Positions 27,581-38,045 of a stretch of 64,000 nucleotides of DNA are shown one piece after another. Numbering within the stretch: position 1 is the first letter of the stretch; each line of letters starts with the position of its first letter. Both the position numbers and the translations under genes were made by a program. The notes below the pieces were generated by a model, which saw only the letters and a program-made list of their open reading frames with translations, did no database searches and had not been told where the DNA came from. Source of the DNA: Adineta vaga. Lineage: Eukaryota; Animalia; Rotifera. The stretch spans positions 9,300,001 to 9,364,000 of the forward strand of contig CP075493.1 in assembly GCA_021613535.1 (NCBI GenBank), read 5' to 3'.

Positions 27581-28153
27581 ATGTCTCTTTCTAAAGTTCC
27601 AGTTCATAAATGTTTAGAAAAATTACAATGGCTTTTAGGAGTTTGGCGATCCGAATCAGCTACGATTCAATTAGAAGGCAAAGCTTTTTCTTATCTAAGT
27701 GAATTCAAATGTGAACATGTCGGACAACCAAATTTTATTCTTCATATCAATGGATTTAATGTTCAACCATCGAGTGATGATAATACGGGAGTATCATGGT
27801 CAAATTCGACTGAATTAAAACCATTTCATCGTGAAATGGGTTTCTTACGTGTTAATCCCAAAGATGATGCACTGATGAATATTTCTTATCTAAATGTTCA
27901 AAATGTTGGTTTAGCAGATGTTGAAGAAGGAAATATTAATGGAAAAAGTTTTCTTGTCGAAACCAAATCAATTGGACGTTCATGTTTTAATAAAGATCCA
28001 AGTGTTCGATTACTTCGTCGAGTATATCGATTAGATGAACAGGATGAAAATATTTTACATGTGAAAGTTTTTATGAGTACAAGTAAAATGCAAGAAAACG
28101 AACAACCATTCGAACATTTAACTATTCGATATCGAAACGTATCGAATGAGTAA
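27581..28153 (+). CDS. Nitrobindin / THAP4 heme-binding beta-barrel, intronless
   Basis: LQWLLGVW...HVGQP...FHREMGFLR...VEEG and C-terminal EHL (heme His position). Confidence 0.88.
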   Translation: MSLSKVPVHKCLEKLQWLLGVWRSESATIQLEGKAFSYLSEFKCEHVGQPNFILHINGFNVQPSSDDNTGVSWSNSTELKPFHREMGFLRVNPKDDALMNISYLNVQNVGLADVEEGNINGKSFLVETKSIGRSCFNKDPSVRLLRRVYRLDEQDENILHVKVFMSTSKMQENEQPFEHLTIRYRNVSNE

Positions 28154-29090
28154 AGAAACGGTTTTTTTCCTTAGTCTTTCATTTGATTATTATTTTCATG
28201 TATACTTATTTAAAACAGGATTAATAACAAGACTTTCATTGAAGATTATATAAATTGTCAAACAGTACAGCAATAAATCTTCTTTCGATGTATATGTCCA
28301 TAATTCCGATGTTAAATTTAAATAATAAATCAGCGACAAGACTACCTGAAAGTCTTTCGATAGTATTTACATAAGATTTTGTTCAGAGATAACTTTCAAA
28401 GAGAATTATTGACATTCTATTTTAATTCTTTCTAAGGTATAATCTTTCTTTCTATTCTTGTTACGTCTCTATAGTTATGTTTATTTTTGTTTGAATTACG
28501 TCTATCTATGTTAATTTTACTCTTATCAAACATAAAAGTACTTCCTCGAATACATCTAAGTTTGTACTTGATCATTCATGTGTACTTGTTTTATTAAGCA
28601 CTTTTATCATAAGGTCACCGAATAACTTAAAAAATCTAGATTTTGCTTAGCAAAAATTTATTTAAATTATATCTATATAACATTGAGTGCATATATAAAT
28701 GTAAACAAATATTATTGTCTTACTTCTTAAAAATCGTCATATTTCTCTCGTCCATAATTTTCAGCTGGAAAATGAAACTACGTATATAAATGCATATATT
28801 GACGTAGATATGCACCGATTGTTTTCAAAATAAAAGTTATATGCATTTTATTGACATAACATGTCAAAAGATACGATATGCTGTTACACACATTGTTTTC
28901 TTTTAACGAGCTGAGGACAGTTGTTTGAAAACAATAAGGTAAAATTGCACAGTCACTGTTTGCTTTCTATTTAATCGCATGTCAGTATAATCATTTTCTC
29001 ATAGGACAATATATTCTCGTTTCTATTCAGAATACATATATATATACTTTTATTTTTCAGTATTTCTCCTATATAATTTGACATAAAGTC

Positions 29091-30389
29091 ATGCCTGGTT
29101 TCAACTGTAGCAATATTAAGGAGATAGTTAAAAACTATGTTTGTCCTGATTGTGATTTGATTTTAAAAGATCCTATTCAACTTGATTGTGGACATCGTAT
29201 TTGTGAAGAATGTATCAAACATGACGAGTGAGAATTAATGATCTTCGAGTATCAACACATCCGTACGATCTTTATATTTCTAGAGAGCTTATTCAATGTA
29301 AGCAATGCTCTGAAGAAACAGAGAAGAAAGAAGTAAAATATATTTATCCGTGTTAAATTTCATTGTTTTTATTTCTGTACTAAATATAGTTGTTTCATGA
29401 TGTTGGTTTCAAGAATGAAATGAAGAGTATATCTCTTCGATGTTCTAATTGTCAATGGAATGGTTCATTGAAAGATTATGAAGTAAGATGTTTGTATCTT
29501 TACTGATTTATTTTTCATCAAATATGTTATTAAGAATCATTTAACTGCAAATCATATCAATTCATCGTCTAACGAATATGATCAATGTCCTATCATTGCT
29601 CAAGCTCAACGATTTAGAAAAGAATATGGCAAACCTACTAGAAAATGGCGAAAAATTATATCTAAAAAGTTGAATTGTAAATTAGTCATGGAAGAGCAAA
29701 ATCCTCCTGTATTCCATCCACAGCGAGTAGAACTTTGCTGCATCCCAACGAACGGTGGATTATTTTTGAAAATTGATGATCTCAAAAAACGATTAAGTAA
29801 ATGATAATTTCTGATTAGTAAATTCTTTTATGAATTTATCTTTTTGTTAGCTGGACAGCTTGATTCAATTGTCACCTCACAACCATTTTATAGTTCAGAA
29901 CATGGTTATGAAATGTGTTTTCGTCTGTATTTGTCTGGTAACGGAAACGGTCGCAACACACACTTATCCATTTATCTTATTGTTATGCGTAGCGAGCATG
30001 ATGCTACACTTGTTTGGCCATTTAACTCTTATGTAACATTTTGTCTATATGATCCCACCGATAAACAAAAGCATATGATCAAATCATTTCAATTAAAAAA
30101 AGACTTCATAAGTGTTCAACAACCTCAATCCGAAGTAAATATTGGTATTGGTTTCCCAAAGTTTATTCCAATTTCACTTATTCAAGAGAATAACAATTCA
30201 TATGTTTGTGAAGATTCAATTTGTATTAAAGTAATGGTTACCAAAGATTTCGTATCACCATTAGCCTTATCAAAGATCATGAATATTTATCATGCTTTGC
30301 CATTATATCTTCAAAAACAAATGATTGAAAACGAAGTTAAACAAAACAATAGCATAAATAATCTTCGAGAGAAAGTTGAACTTGACTGA
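29091..30389 (+). CDS. TRAF-like protein (RING, partial zinc finger, MATH domain)
   Basis: CPDCDLILKDPIQLDCGHRICEEC RING; C-terminal SQPFYSSEHGYEMCFRLYLSGNG...HLSIY...LVWPF MATH. Confidence 0.88.
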
Positions 30390-31220
30390 ATGTATTTTTT
30401 TTTCTCATTATTCTTATGTACATTTTCATTTTACTTTGGAAACAAATCTTATTTAATTCGGATATCAAACACGCATACTAAATTGTTATAAGTAGAGGCA
30501 ATATTCTGAAACTGAAATCATACTTATGTTAGTCTATTGATCTTGGTAAACTGTTCTAATAATAATTGATAAGTGACGAATAGATATTGTTTACCAGAGC
30601 TTCGAATGGACGGGATGAAATTGAATCTGTTTCAACACAGCTCATTCCATGAGAAGTCGATAAAAATTGTCACTATTTCTTCGAGGATTTCTTTCATATA
30701 CGCACATTCTTCGTATTTGAAAAGGATGAGAAGACTACTCATAATCCAGATACTTTTTATTATGTCCTAAAAACTTCTATAATATACTCTAATTCCTTCA
30801 GAATAGACAAATGTAAGCTTTCTGTTTTCATAGAGTTAAGCAGATGACAACAATATTTGACTCAATCGAATATGTAAAAACCTCAAGTTCATTGAGTAAA
30901 ACGATTCGAAACAAAGATATATATGATTATTTCTCTCTTTTTTCAATCACTAGATAATCTTAACGACAACGGTATGATGAGATTTAGTATCGAAATCTGT
31001 TCTAGACGTGCTATCGCTTTTTCTATGATTAAACAATAGGAGATTAAAATACCATAGTAAGTGAAATTGATCTCATTTCATTCGGAACCCCATTATTCAT
31101 ACACTTATGATGCGCATGATCCTATACATTTCCATTCGCAAAAAATTGAAAGGACAAAGTACACGTTTTTATTTTATTATCAAAAAGAATGAATGTAACT
31201 GGTTTTCGTGTTCTTTTTTT

Positions 31221-31230
31221 CCTATATAAG
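31221..31230 (+). promoter_or_regulatory. Candidate TATA box of the 2OG-Fe(II) oxygenase gene
   Basis: CCTATATAAG about 65 bp upstream of the ATG at 31293. Confidence 0.45.
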
Positions 31231-31292
31231 CATTGATAGATAAGATAGATACACTCAAAACAAGATTATTAACAACTATAACATAAAATAAC

Positions 31293-32363
31293 ATGACAAG
31301 AAAAGAAACATCGCTGCCGATTATTGATATTAGTCCATTACTAGTGCTTAATTCAAATGAAGAAAGTCAGAAAGAAACAGCCACTCAAATTCATGAAGCA
31401 TGTCGTAATTGGGGATTTTTCTACGTTAAAAATCATGGTATACCAATGAAATTACAAGAAGAATTAATCGAATTAAGTCGAAAATTTTTTGCACGTCCTT
31501 TAGAAGAAAAAATGCAAATATCAATGAGTAAAGGTGGTCGAGCATGGCGTGGTTATTTTCCTTTAGGTAATGAATTAACTAGTGGTAAACCCGATGGGAA
31601 AGAAGGTCTTTATTTTGGTACAGAAATTGATAATAAAGATCATCCAAAAGTTCGTAATAACATTCTTTTACATGGATGTAATCAATTTCCATCTAATAAT
31701 TCCGATGATATTGTATTTCGTCATGTTATACTAACATATATGACTGCAATCGAAAATCTTGGACGAACAATTATGTCTGGTCTTGCTCGTTCATTAAAAT
31801 TGGATGCAAATTATTTTGATAAGAACTATTTTCGTAATGAACCTACGTGTCTCTTTCGTATATTTAATTATCCAGCGTCATTCTGTCAACAGGAAGGTAA
31901 TGAAAATCTTTGGGGAGTTGGTGAACATACTGATTATGGTATGTTAACTATTTTATTACAAGATGATATCGGTGGTTTACAAGTAAAAACAAGTAAAAAT
32001 GAATGGATACAAGCACCACCTATTTCAGATACATTTGTATGTAATATTGGTGATATGCTTGATCGAATGACTGGTGGATACTATCGATCAACACCTCATC
32101 GTGTACGAAATCTATCAACAAAACGTGATCGATTATCATTTCCGTTTTTTCTTGATCCGCATTGGGATGCAGAAGTTTTACCAATACCAATGCAAGGACT
32201 GACAACAACTGATGATGACGACGACGACGCAGAACAACGATGGGATAAAGCAAGTGTTCATACATTTCGTGGAACATATGGTGAATATTTATTGAAAAAA
32301 GTAAGTCGAGTATTTACTGATCTTGCTCAAGAACAAACAATTATTGGACCGAATTCATATTAA
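31293..32363 (+). CDS. Isopenicillin N synthase-family 2OG-Fe(II) dioxygenase, intronless, bacterial-type
   Basis: LPIIDIS...ACRNWGFFYVKNHG; HTD...H facial triad (EHTDYG, STPHRV); RLS 2OG-binding motif. Confidence 0.92.
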   Translation: MTRKETSLPIIDISPLLVLNSNEESQKETATQIHEACRNWGFFYVKNHGIPMKLQEELIELSRKFFARPLEEKMQISMSKGGRAWRGYFPLGNELTSGKPDGKEGLYFGTEIDNKDHPKVRNNILLHGCNQFPSNNSDDIVFRHVILTYMTAIENLGRTIMSGLARSLKLDANYFDKNYFRNEPTCLFRIFNYPASFCQQEGNENLWGVGEHTDYGMLTILLQDDIGGLQVKTSKNEWIQAPPISDTFVCNIGDMLDRMTGGYYRSTPHRVRNLSTKRDRLSFPFFLDPHWDAEVLPIPMQGLTTTDDDDDDAEQRWDKASVHTFRGTYGEYLLKKVSRVFTDLAQEQTIIGPNSY

Positions 32364-32804
32364 CTAACGTCAATATTTCGTTTTTTTCCATTCTGATGTT
32401 TCTTTCATATCTTCATAATATAAAGTTTAAATGTATAAAATACAATCTGATTAACTCAATTGTTATTTATGTATTAGAAGAATAATGAAATCGATATTAA
32501 GTAACATTAGAAAGTATAATTCGAATCAACGAACAACTAGCGACATCAATGTGTTTTTCAAGGATATTAATCTTTACACTGAATAGATTAGATAGAGATA
32601 CGAAAGAAAATTTCTCTCATACGATTCGATTTTTTTTACATATACAATCAAATATATCAGAATAGAATAGAGATTTAGTAAAATCTGATTGGTCGGTTTG
32701 AGTTTAACCACATGGTCTCCTTTGTTTATCAGTTTGGATTTCGATTCGATAATGTTCTAAGTTAAGTGAAGTTGAACTTCGCTCGTTTTCTTTTCAATCG
32801 TTCA

Positions 32805-33803
32805 ATGGAAGCCAATCATCTTTTACACAGTGGATACTTCAATGAGACTCTTCGATCCTGGCAGGGTTCGAATACAACACTTAACATCAAGCAATTAATC
32901 TATCCTGTTTTTGTGACTGATCTTATTCCAGATGAATCGAGCGAAGATATTCCCAATTTTCCTGAACAACGTCGCTATGGTGTTGATGCTCTTATTGATC
33001 ATTTATCACCATTAATCCAAAAAGGTTTAAAAACTATTCTAATCTTTGGTGTAACATCAAATATGAATAAAACTCTGGATGGTGCGTATGCATTATCAAA
33101 AGATTCACCTGTTCGACGATGTATATCGAAACTTCGTTCACAATTTCGATCATTAACTATTGCTATTGATCTATGTTTATGTGCTTATACATCTCACGGA
33201 CATTGCGGAATACTTAAATCTGACGGTACAATCGATAATCAAGCATCAATTGAACGTTTAGCGGAAATCGCATTATGTTGTGCTCAAGATGGTGCACATA
33301 TTATTGCACCATCAGATATGATGGATGGACGTATAGGTGCAATAAAGAAAATTTTAATAGCAAACAACTTAGCAGGTTCAGTCGCTGTTCTATCTTATTC
33401 TTCAAAATTTGCTTCATGTTTTTATGGTCCATTTCGTGATGCTGCTCAATCAGCTCCATCATCAGGAGATCGACGAGCTTATCAATTACCTGCCATTTCA
33501 ACTGGTCTAGCAATTCGTGCAGCTCAACGCGATGTAAATGAAGGAGCAGATATGCTAATGGTTAAACCCGGTGGTCCTTTTTTAGATATAGTCAAAGAAG
33601 TTAAACAACATTTTCCTCATCATCCATTAGCTATTTATCAAGTTTCCGGAGAATATGCAATGTTATGGCATGCTGCATGTGCCAATGCTTTTGATTTACG
33701 AACAGCAGTCATTGAAAGTTTAACTGGAATGAGACGTGCTGGAGCAGATATTCTTATTACTTATTTTACTCCCCAACTTTTGGAATGGTTAAAAGAAGAT
33801 TGA
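32805..33803 (+). CDS. ALAD: Delta-aminolevulinic acid dehydratase (porphobilinogen synthase), intronless
   Basis: LHSGYF...SWQ; Zn site DLCLCAYTSHGHCG; APSDMMDGR; FYGPFRDAA; MVKPG; YQVSGEYAM. Confidence 0.96.
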   Translation: MEANHLLHSGYFNETLRSWQGSNTTLNIKQLIYPVFVTDLIPDESSEDIPNFPEQRRYGVDALIDHLSPLIQKGLKTILIFGVTSNMNKTLDGAYALSKDSPVRRCISKLRSQFRSLTIAIDLCLCAYTSHGHCGILKSDGTIDNQASIERLAEIALCCAQDGAHIIAPSDMMDGRIGAIKKILIANNLAGSVAVLSYSSKFASCFYGPFRDAAQSAPSSGDRRAYQLPAISTGLAIRAAQRDVNEGADMLMVKPGGPFLDIVKEVKQHFPHHPLAIYQVSGEYAMLWHAACANAFDLRTAVIESLTGMRRAGADILITYFTPQLLEWLKED

Positions 33804-34010
33804 TAACATTAGTTTTTTTTATCATAGAATTCTCTATGTTTTTTTCTTTATATTTGATTTTATCTAGATGTTTTGACATGCCACGAACATATCTTGTTTT
33901 TGTTCGTGTTGGAGTTTAAAAAAGACGGAGTATAATTCCTATTGATTTTATTTTTTAGAAAATTTATTATATAGATTATTTATCAACAGTTTTACTTCAA
34001 AGAAAATTTT

Positions 34011-35241
34011 ATGTCCGACCGACGAGACTCACGTGGTCGTGGTGGCTTTAGACGTGGAGGTGATCGAGGTGGCTTTGGACGTGGTGGAGGTGATCGAGGT
34101 GGCTTTGGACGTGGTGGTGGTGGCCGAGGTGGATTTGAACGTGGGCGTGGCCGAGGTGGATTTGGACGAGGTGGTGGGGCTGGTGACCGAGGTAAATAAT
34201 ACACTTTGAAAGATACTAAACATAATCATTCATTATAGGTCGCGGTGGTGGAGGCTTTGGTTTTCAGAATCGTGGTGGCGGCGGTGGCTTTCGTGGTGGA
34301 AGCAGTCGGGGTGGTTTTCAAAGTGGAAGTCGAGGAGGAGGAAGATTTAGTGAAGCAAAACGTGAATTTATGACGGACAGTATTTATGTTGGTCAATTAC
34401 CTGCAGATATTAAAGAAAATGATTTGAAAAAACTTTTTCCAAAAGCAAAAAATGTAACATTAACAGTAGCCGAAGGTCAACGACCAGGGTAAGTTCTTTA
34501 TTAAATTGGACTGTACAGTAATAATGATCGTTATTTGTAGTCATGCTTTTATCGCCTTTCCGGATGACGCTTCGGCAGCAGCTGCTGTTAAACAAGGAGC
34601 AACATTTCAAAGTACTCAATTGAAAGTTGCGTTTCAAACAAAACGTGCTGAACCACAAAAACGATCATCGAATATAAATGATAATTCAGGTAGCCATCTT
34701 ATCAATTTGTCTGATAAAATACATTCAAAGAATTCTACTGATTCAATACTAACGTCAATAATGCATTTATAATTGTCTTTTTTTAAATTTAAACAGGTCC
34801 AGAAGCGAAAAAACTTAAAACTGATGCTTTTGGAGGAAAAGGAACGGGAGTTAGTAATGGTTCACTAGCTAAAGGAAAAAGTAGTCAATTCTGATGATGA
34901 CGATAATGACGAAGACGACGATGAATCTGTAAGTAAAACATGTCGTTGTTCTTTATTTATAAACTGACACTATTCATATATTTCCTATAGATGGATTTCG
35001 ATAATGAGGATGATGACGATGACGAATCGGATGAAGAAGATGAACAGAATAAAAAGATGAAACAAACTGTGGCAAAAATGGTGGGCGGAGGAAAACCGAT
35101 GAATTCCAAAGTATCAGCTGGAAAAAATGTTGCAGATGACGATGAATCAGTAAGCTTTTCCTTTTTTAAAATATTTTCTTTTGAATATTTCTCTAGGATG
35201 ATGATGACGATGGTGATGACGACGATGACGACGACGACGAC

Positions 35242-35273
<32 letters not shown>

Positions 35274-37555
35274 CGACGACGAAGAACAAGTTCAACCACA
35301 GAAAGGAGCACTGGCATCGGCGAAACAGTCTATTCTAAGTATTAATCAAGACAAAAACAAAAGTAAACCTTTGCCTACAAAATCATTAGCAACCAATAAT
35401 CCACTTCAGAAAAAGAACAAGCCTGGTTTGTAACTTTTCTTTTTTAAACACTCGTTCTTGTATTATGATTGTATTTAGATCAAACAGTGTCTAAGAAAGC
35501 AACCGTTGGTGAATCTCAAAAACGATCAGTTAGCTTTGCTGATAAAGGAGGCTAGTTACATTTTTAGAGTTTTTTTGCTGAATTATGTTAATTTTGTAAT
35601 CATGTAGGTCCTCAAGCAAAAAAATCTAAGAATGAAGTTCCTACCAGTAAGAAATATGATGATGACGACGACGACGATGAAGACGATGATGATGATGATG
35701 ATGATGACGGCGATGATGATGATGATGACGATGATGATGATGATGATGAAGACGAAATGCCGAAAAAGCCTATGGGAAAGTTCCCTGTCACAAAACAAGT
35801 GAGTTGCAAAAAGATTCTTATTCAAAATAGTTAAATTAATCTTTAGTCTAAACCTCCCGCCAAGCTAACATTTCTTCAAGATGATAGTGAGGATGACGAC
35901 GACGACGATGATGATGATGATGATGATGAAATACCGAAAACCATTAGGCAAAGTCTCAGCTCCTCAAAAACAAGTGAGTTTTAAAGAAATTTCTATGCAA
36001 ATGAATTATTCAATTTTATAGACCAAATCAATTTCCAAACCATCATTTCCAGATAGTGATGATAGTGACGATGATGATGAGGATGAGGATGAGGATGACG
36101 ACGACGAAGAAGAGGATGAGGAGGATGAACCATCACCCAAGAAATCGATGCTCAAACCTACTTCTATTGGAAAACTAGTGAGTTAGATGAAATCATTACA
36201 AATTAGTCGATGATCAAATCTTTTAGAGCAAACCATCTCCTAAACAATCATTCCTGCAAGACGATGATAGTGATGACGACGACGATGATGATGATGATGA
36301 CGATGAGGATGACGATGATTCAGTATGTATTGAACAAAAATAATGCTATAGAATTGGTTGACGATATATACTTTCTAGTATTAGTCCTAATCTGATAGAT
36401 ATTTATTTTTGAAATTCTAATAATCATTTTTTCTTCCTTTTTTAGGATGATGAAGATGACGATGACGCACCAAAACCACCAAAATCTATCTTGAAACAAA
36501 CACCCTCCAAACAAGTATGTGTATATGAAAATATACATTTTCTTAACTGTTACTCTTTTCATATGTAGATTAAGCCAACTGCTAATTCGATACCAAAGGC
36601 AAAATTCGATGATGACGATGATGATGATGATGATGATAGTGTAAGTTTGATAACTGTTTGTTTACCACATATAATCTACTTCTTTCATCCATATAGGATG
36701 ACGATGATGATAAGACTCCACCACCTGCCAAATCTTCGCCAAAACAACCCTCATCAGCTACTACAACTGCTGCATCAAAACAAAAAACAACACCAACACC
36801 TAACAAAACTGAAACGAAACCATCTACATCAACTGCTACTAAACCAATTACTAAGACTCAACTTTATATCAATTCAATCAAAGAAAGTATTAGTGTATCC
36901 GATATGAAATCACTTTATCCTCAAGCTAAAACAGTTAAACTACAAAAACGTAAAGTTGGTCCAGAACGTAAAACTATGCAGTAAGTCCTTTTTTCATCAT
37001 TATTGCCATACTTACTCTTTATTTACTTAGATTTGCTTTTGTCACATTCGAAAACGAATCTGATTGTGCTAGCGCATTAAAAGCTCATACACAAATAGGT
37101 GGAGAAAAAGTAAATGTATCGTATGCATTTGCTAAAGCGGAAAAGCAACCAAAAGCAGCAGCCAATGAAGTAAATCAAAAAACTCCTCCAACCGAAAATA
37201 CTAATAAAAAACAACCTACTAAATCAGGTTTGTACTAATTTATCTCTTTTTATTTAATTATTTATACTTCTTTTCTTCTTAAGTTGAGAAACAAACATCA
37301 ACAAACTCTATCTACGTTGGTCAATTACCAGAAGATTGTCAAGAAGCTGATTTAAAGAAATTCTTTCCAAAATCAACTAAAATTGAATTATTTGCACCCA
37401 AAACCGGTCCAAAAGGTACGCGACCTAGTTTTGCATTCGTTACTTTTGCAGATGATAATGCTGCAGCTGCGGCGATCAAAATTGGACCAACATTAAAATT
37501 GAAAAATACTCAATTAAAAGTAGCTTATCAAACTAAACGGCCAAATTCCAATTGA
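34011..37555 (+). CDS. Nucleolin-like protein (RGG, RRM, long acidic region, two RRMs); two apparent frameshifts in this sequence
   Basis: RGG/FGRGG repeats; RRMs SIYVGQLP...AFIAF, LYINSI...FAFVTF, SIYVGQLP...FAFVTF; poly-Asp exons interleaved with K/P-rich spacers. Confidence 0.82.
34893..36712 (+). repeat. Coding (GAT/GAC)n microsatellite blocks encoding poly-Asp
   Basis: Multiple GAY runs, e.g. 35197-35280, 35658-35750, 35892-35930, 36261-36320. Confidence 0.9.
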
Positions 37556-38045
37556 AATGACTGATTATAGAAATACTTGCGAATGCATCCATTGTTTTGT
37601 GTTTTTTCTTCTTTTTTTTTCTGTGTTCTGTTTTAATTTTATCTACTGTGTTCTTCTTTTTTTCTGAAGATAAATAATCATTACCGAAAAACAAAATGAA
37701 TAAAATGAGTCTTTTTTTACATAATGTCTACATGCACATGACCGTCAAATTGGGACGTTCGCTGGAATAGAAACTCGAACAATCAATCTTTTTTTTTATT
37801 TTGAGAATATCATAGTAGAGTTACATTTTATCATCTTTATTCAAACAAAAATGATGAAAAATTGACCAAAATTGATACTAAGTAAAGAAAAGCCAATTCT
37901 AGCAGAAATCATGTCATACAATGTATTAAAAAGTTGAAACTAAACAACTGCCCGTAAGAAAATTTAATAATAAAACAGTTACATAATTCGTATTCATTAC
38001 TGTGGTTCTATATATATATATATATGTATTCAGAATAATATTAGT

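Noticed and set aside
32805-33803. Intronless ALAD as a bacterial hemB transfer
   Set aside because: The N-terminus LHSGYF...SWQ and the overall sequence are animal-type; intron loss explains it
27581-33803. Heme/iron gene cluster (nitrobindin, 2OG-Fe oxygenase, ALAD)
   Set aside because: No shared pathway, and TRAF intervenes; proximity alone is not evidence
34957-36806. Poly-Met, poly-Ile, poly-Ser and poly-His ORFs in the ORF track
   Set aside because: Alternative-frame and antisense readings of the (GAT/GAC)n poly-Asp repeats
37735-37790. GTTCGAG B-box-like motif suggesting a tRNA
   Set aside because: No cloverleaf or A box could be built
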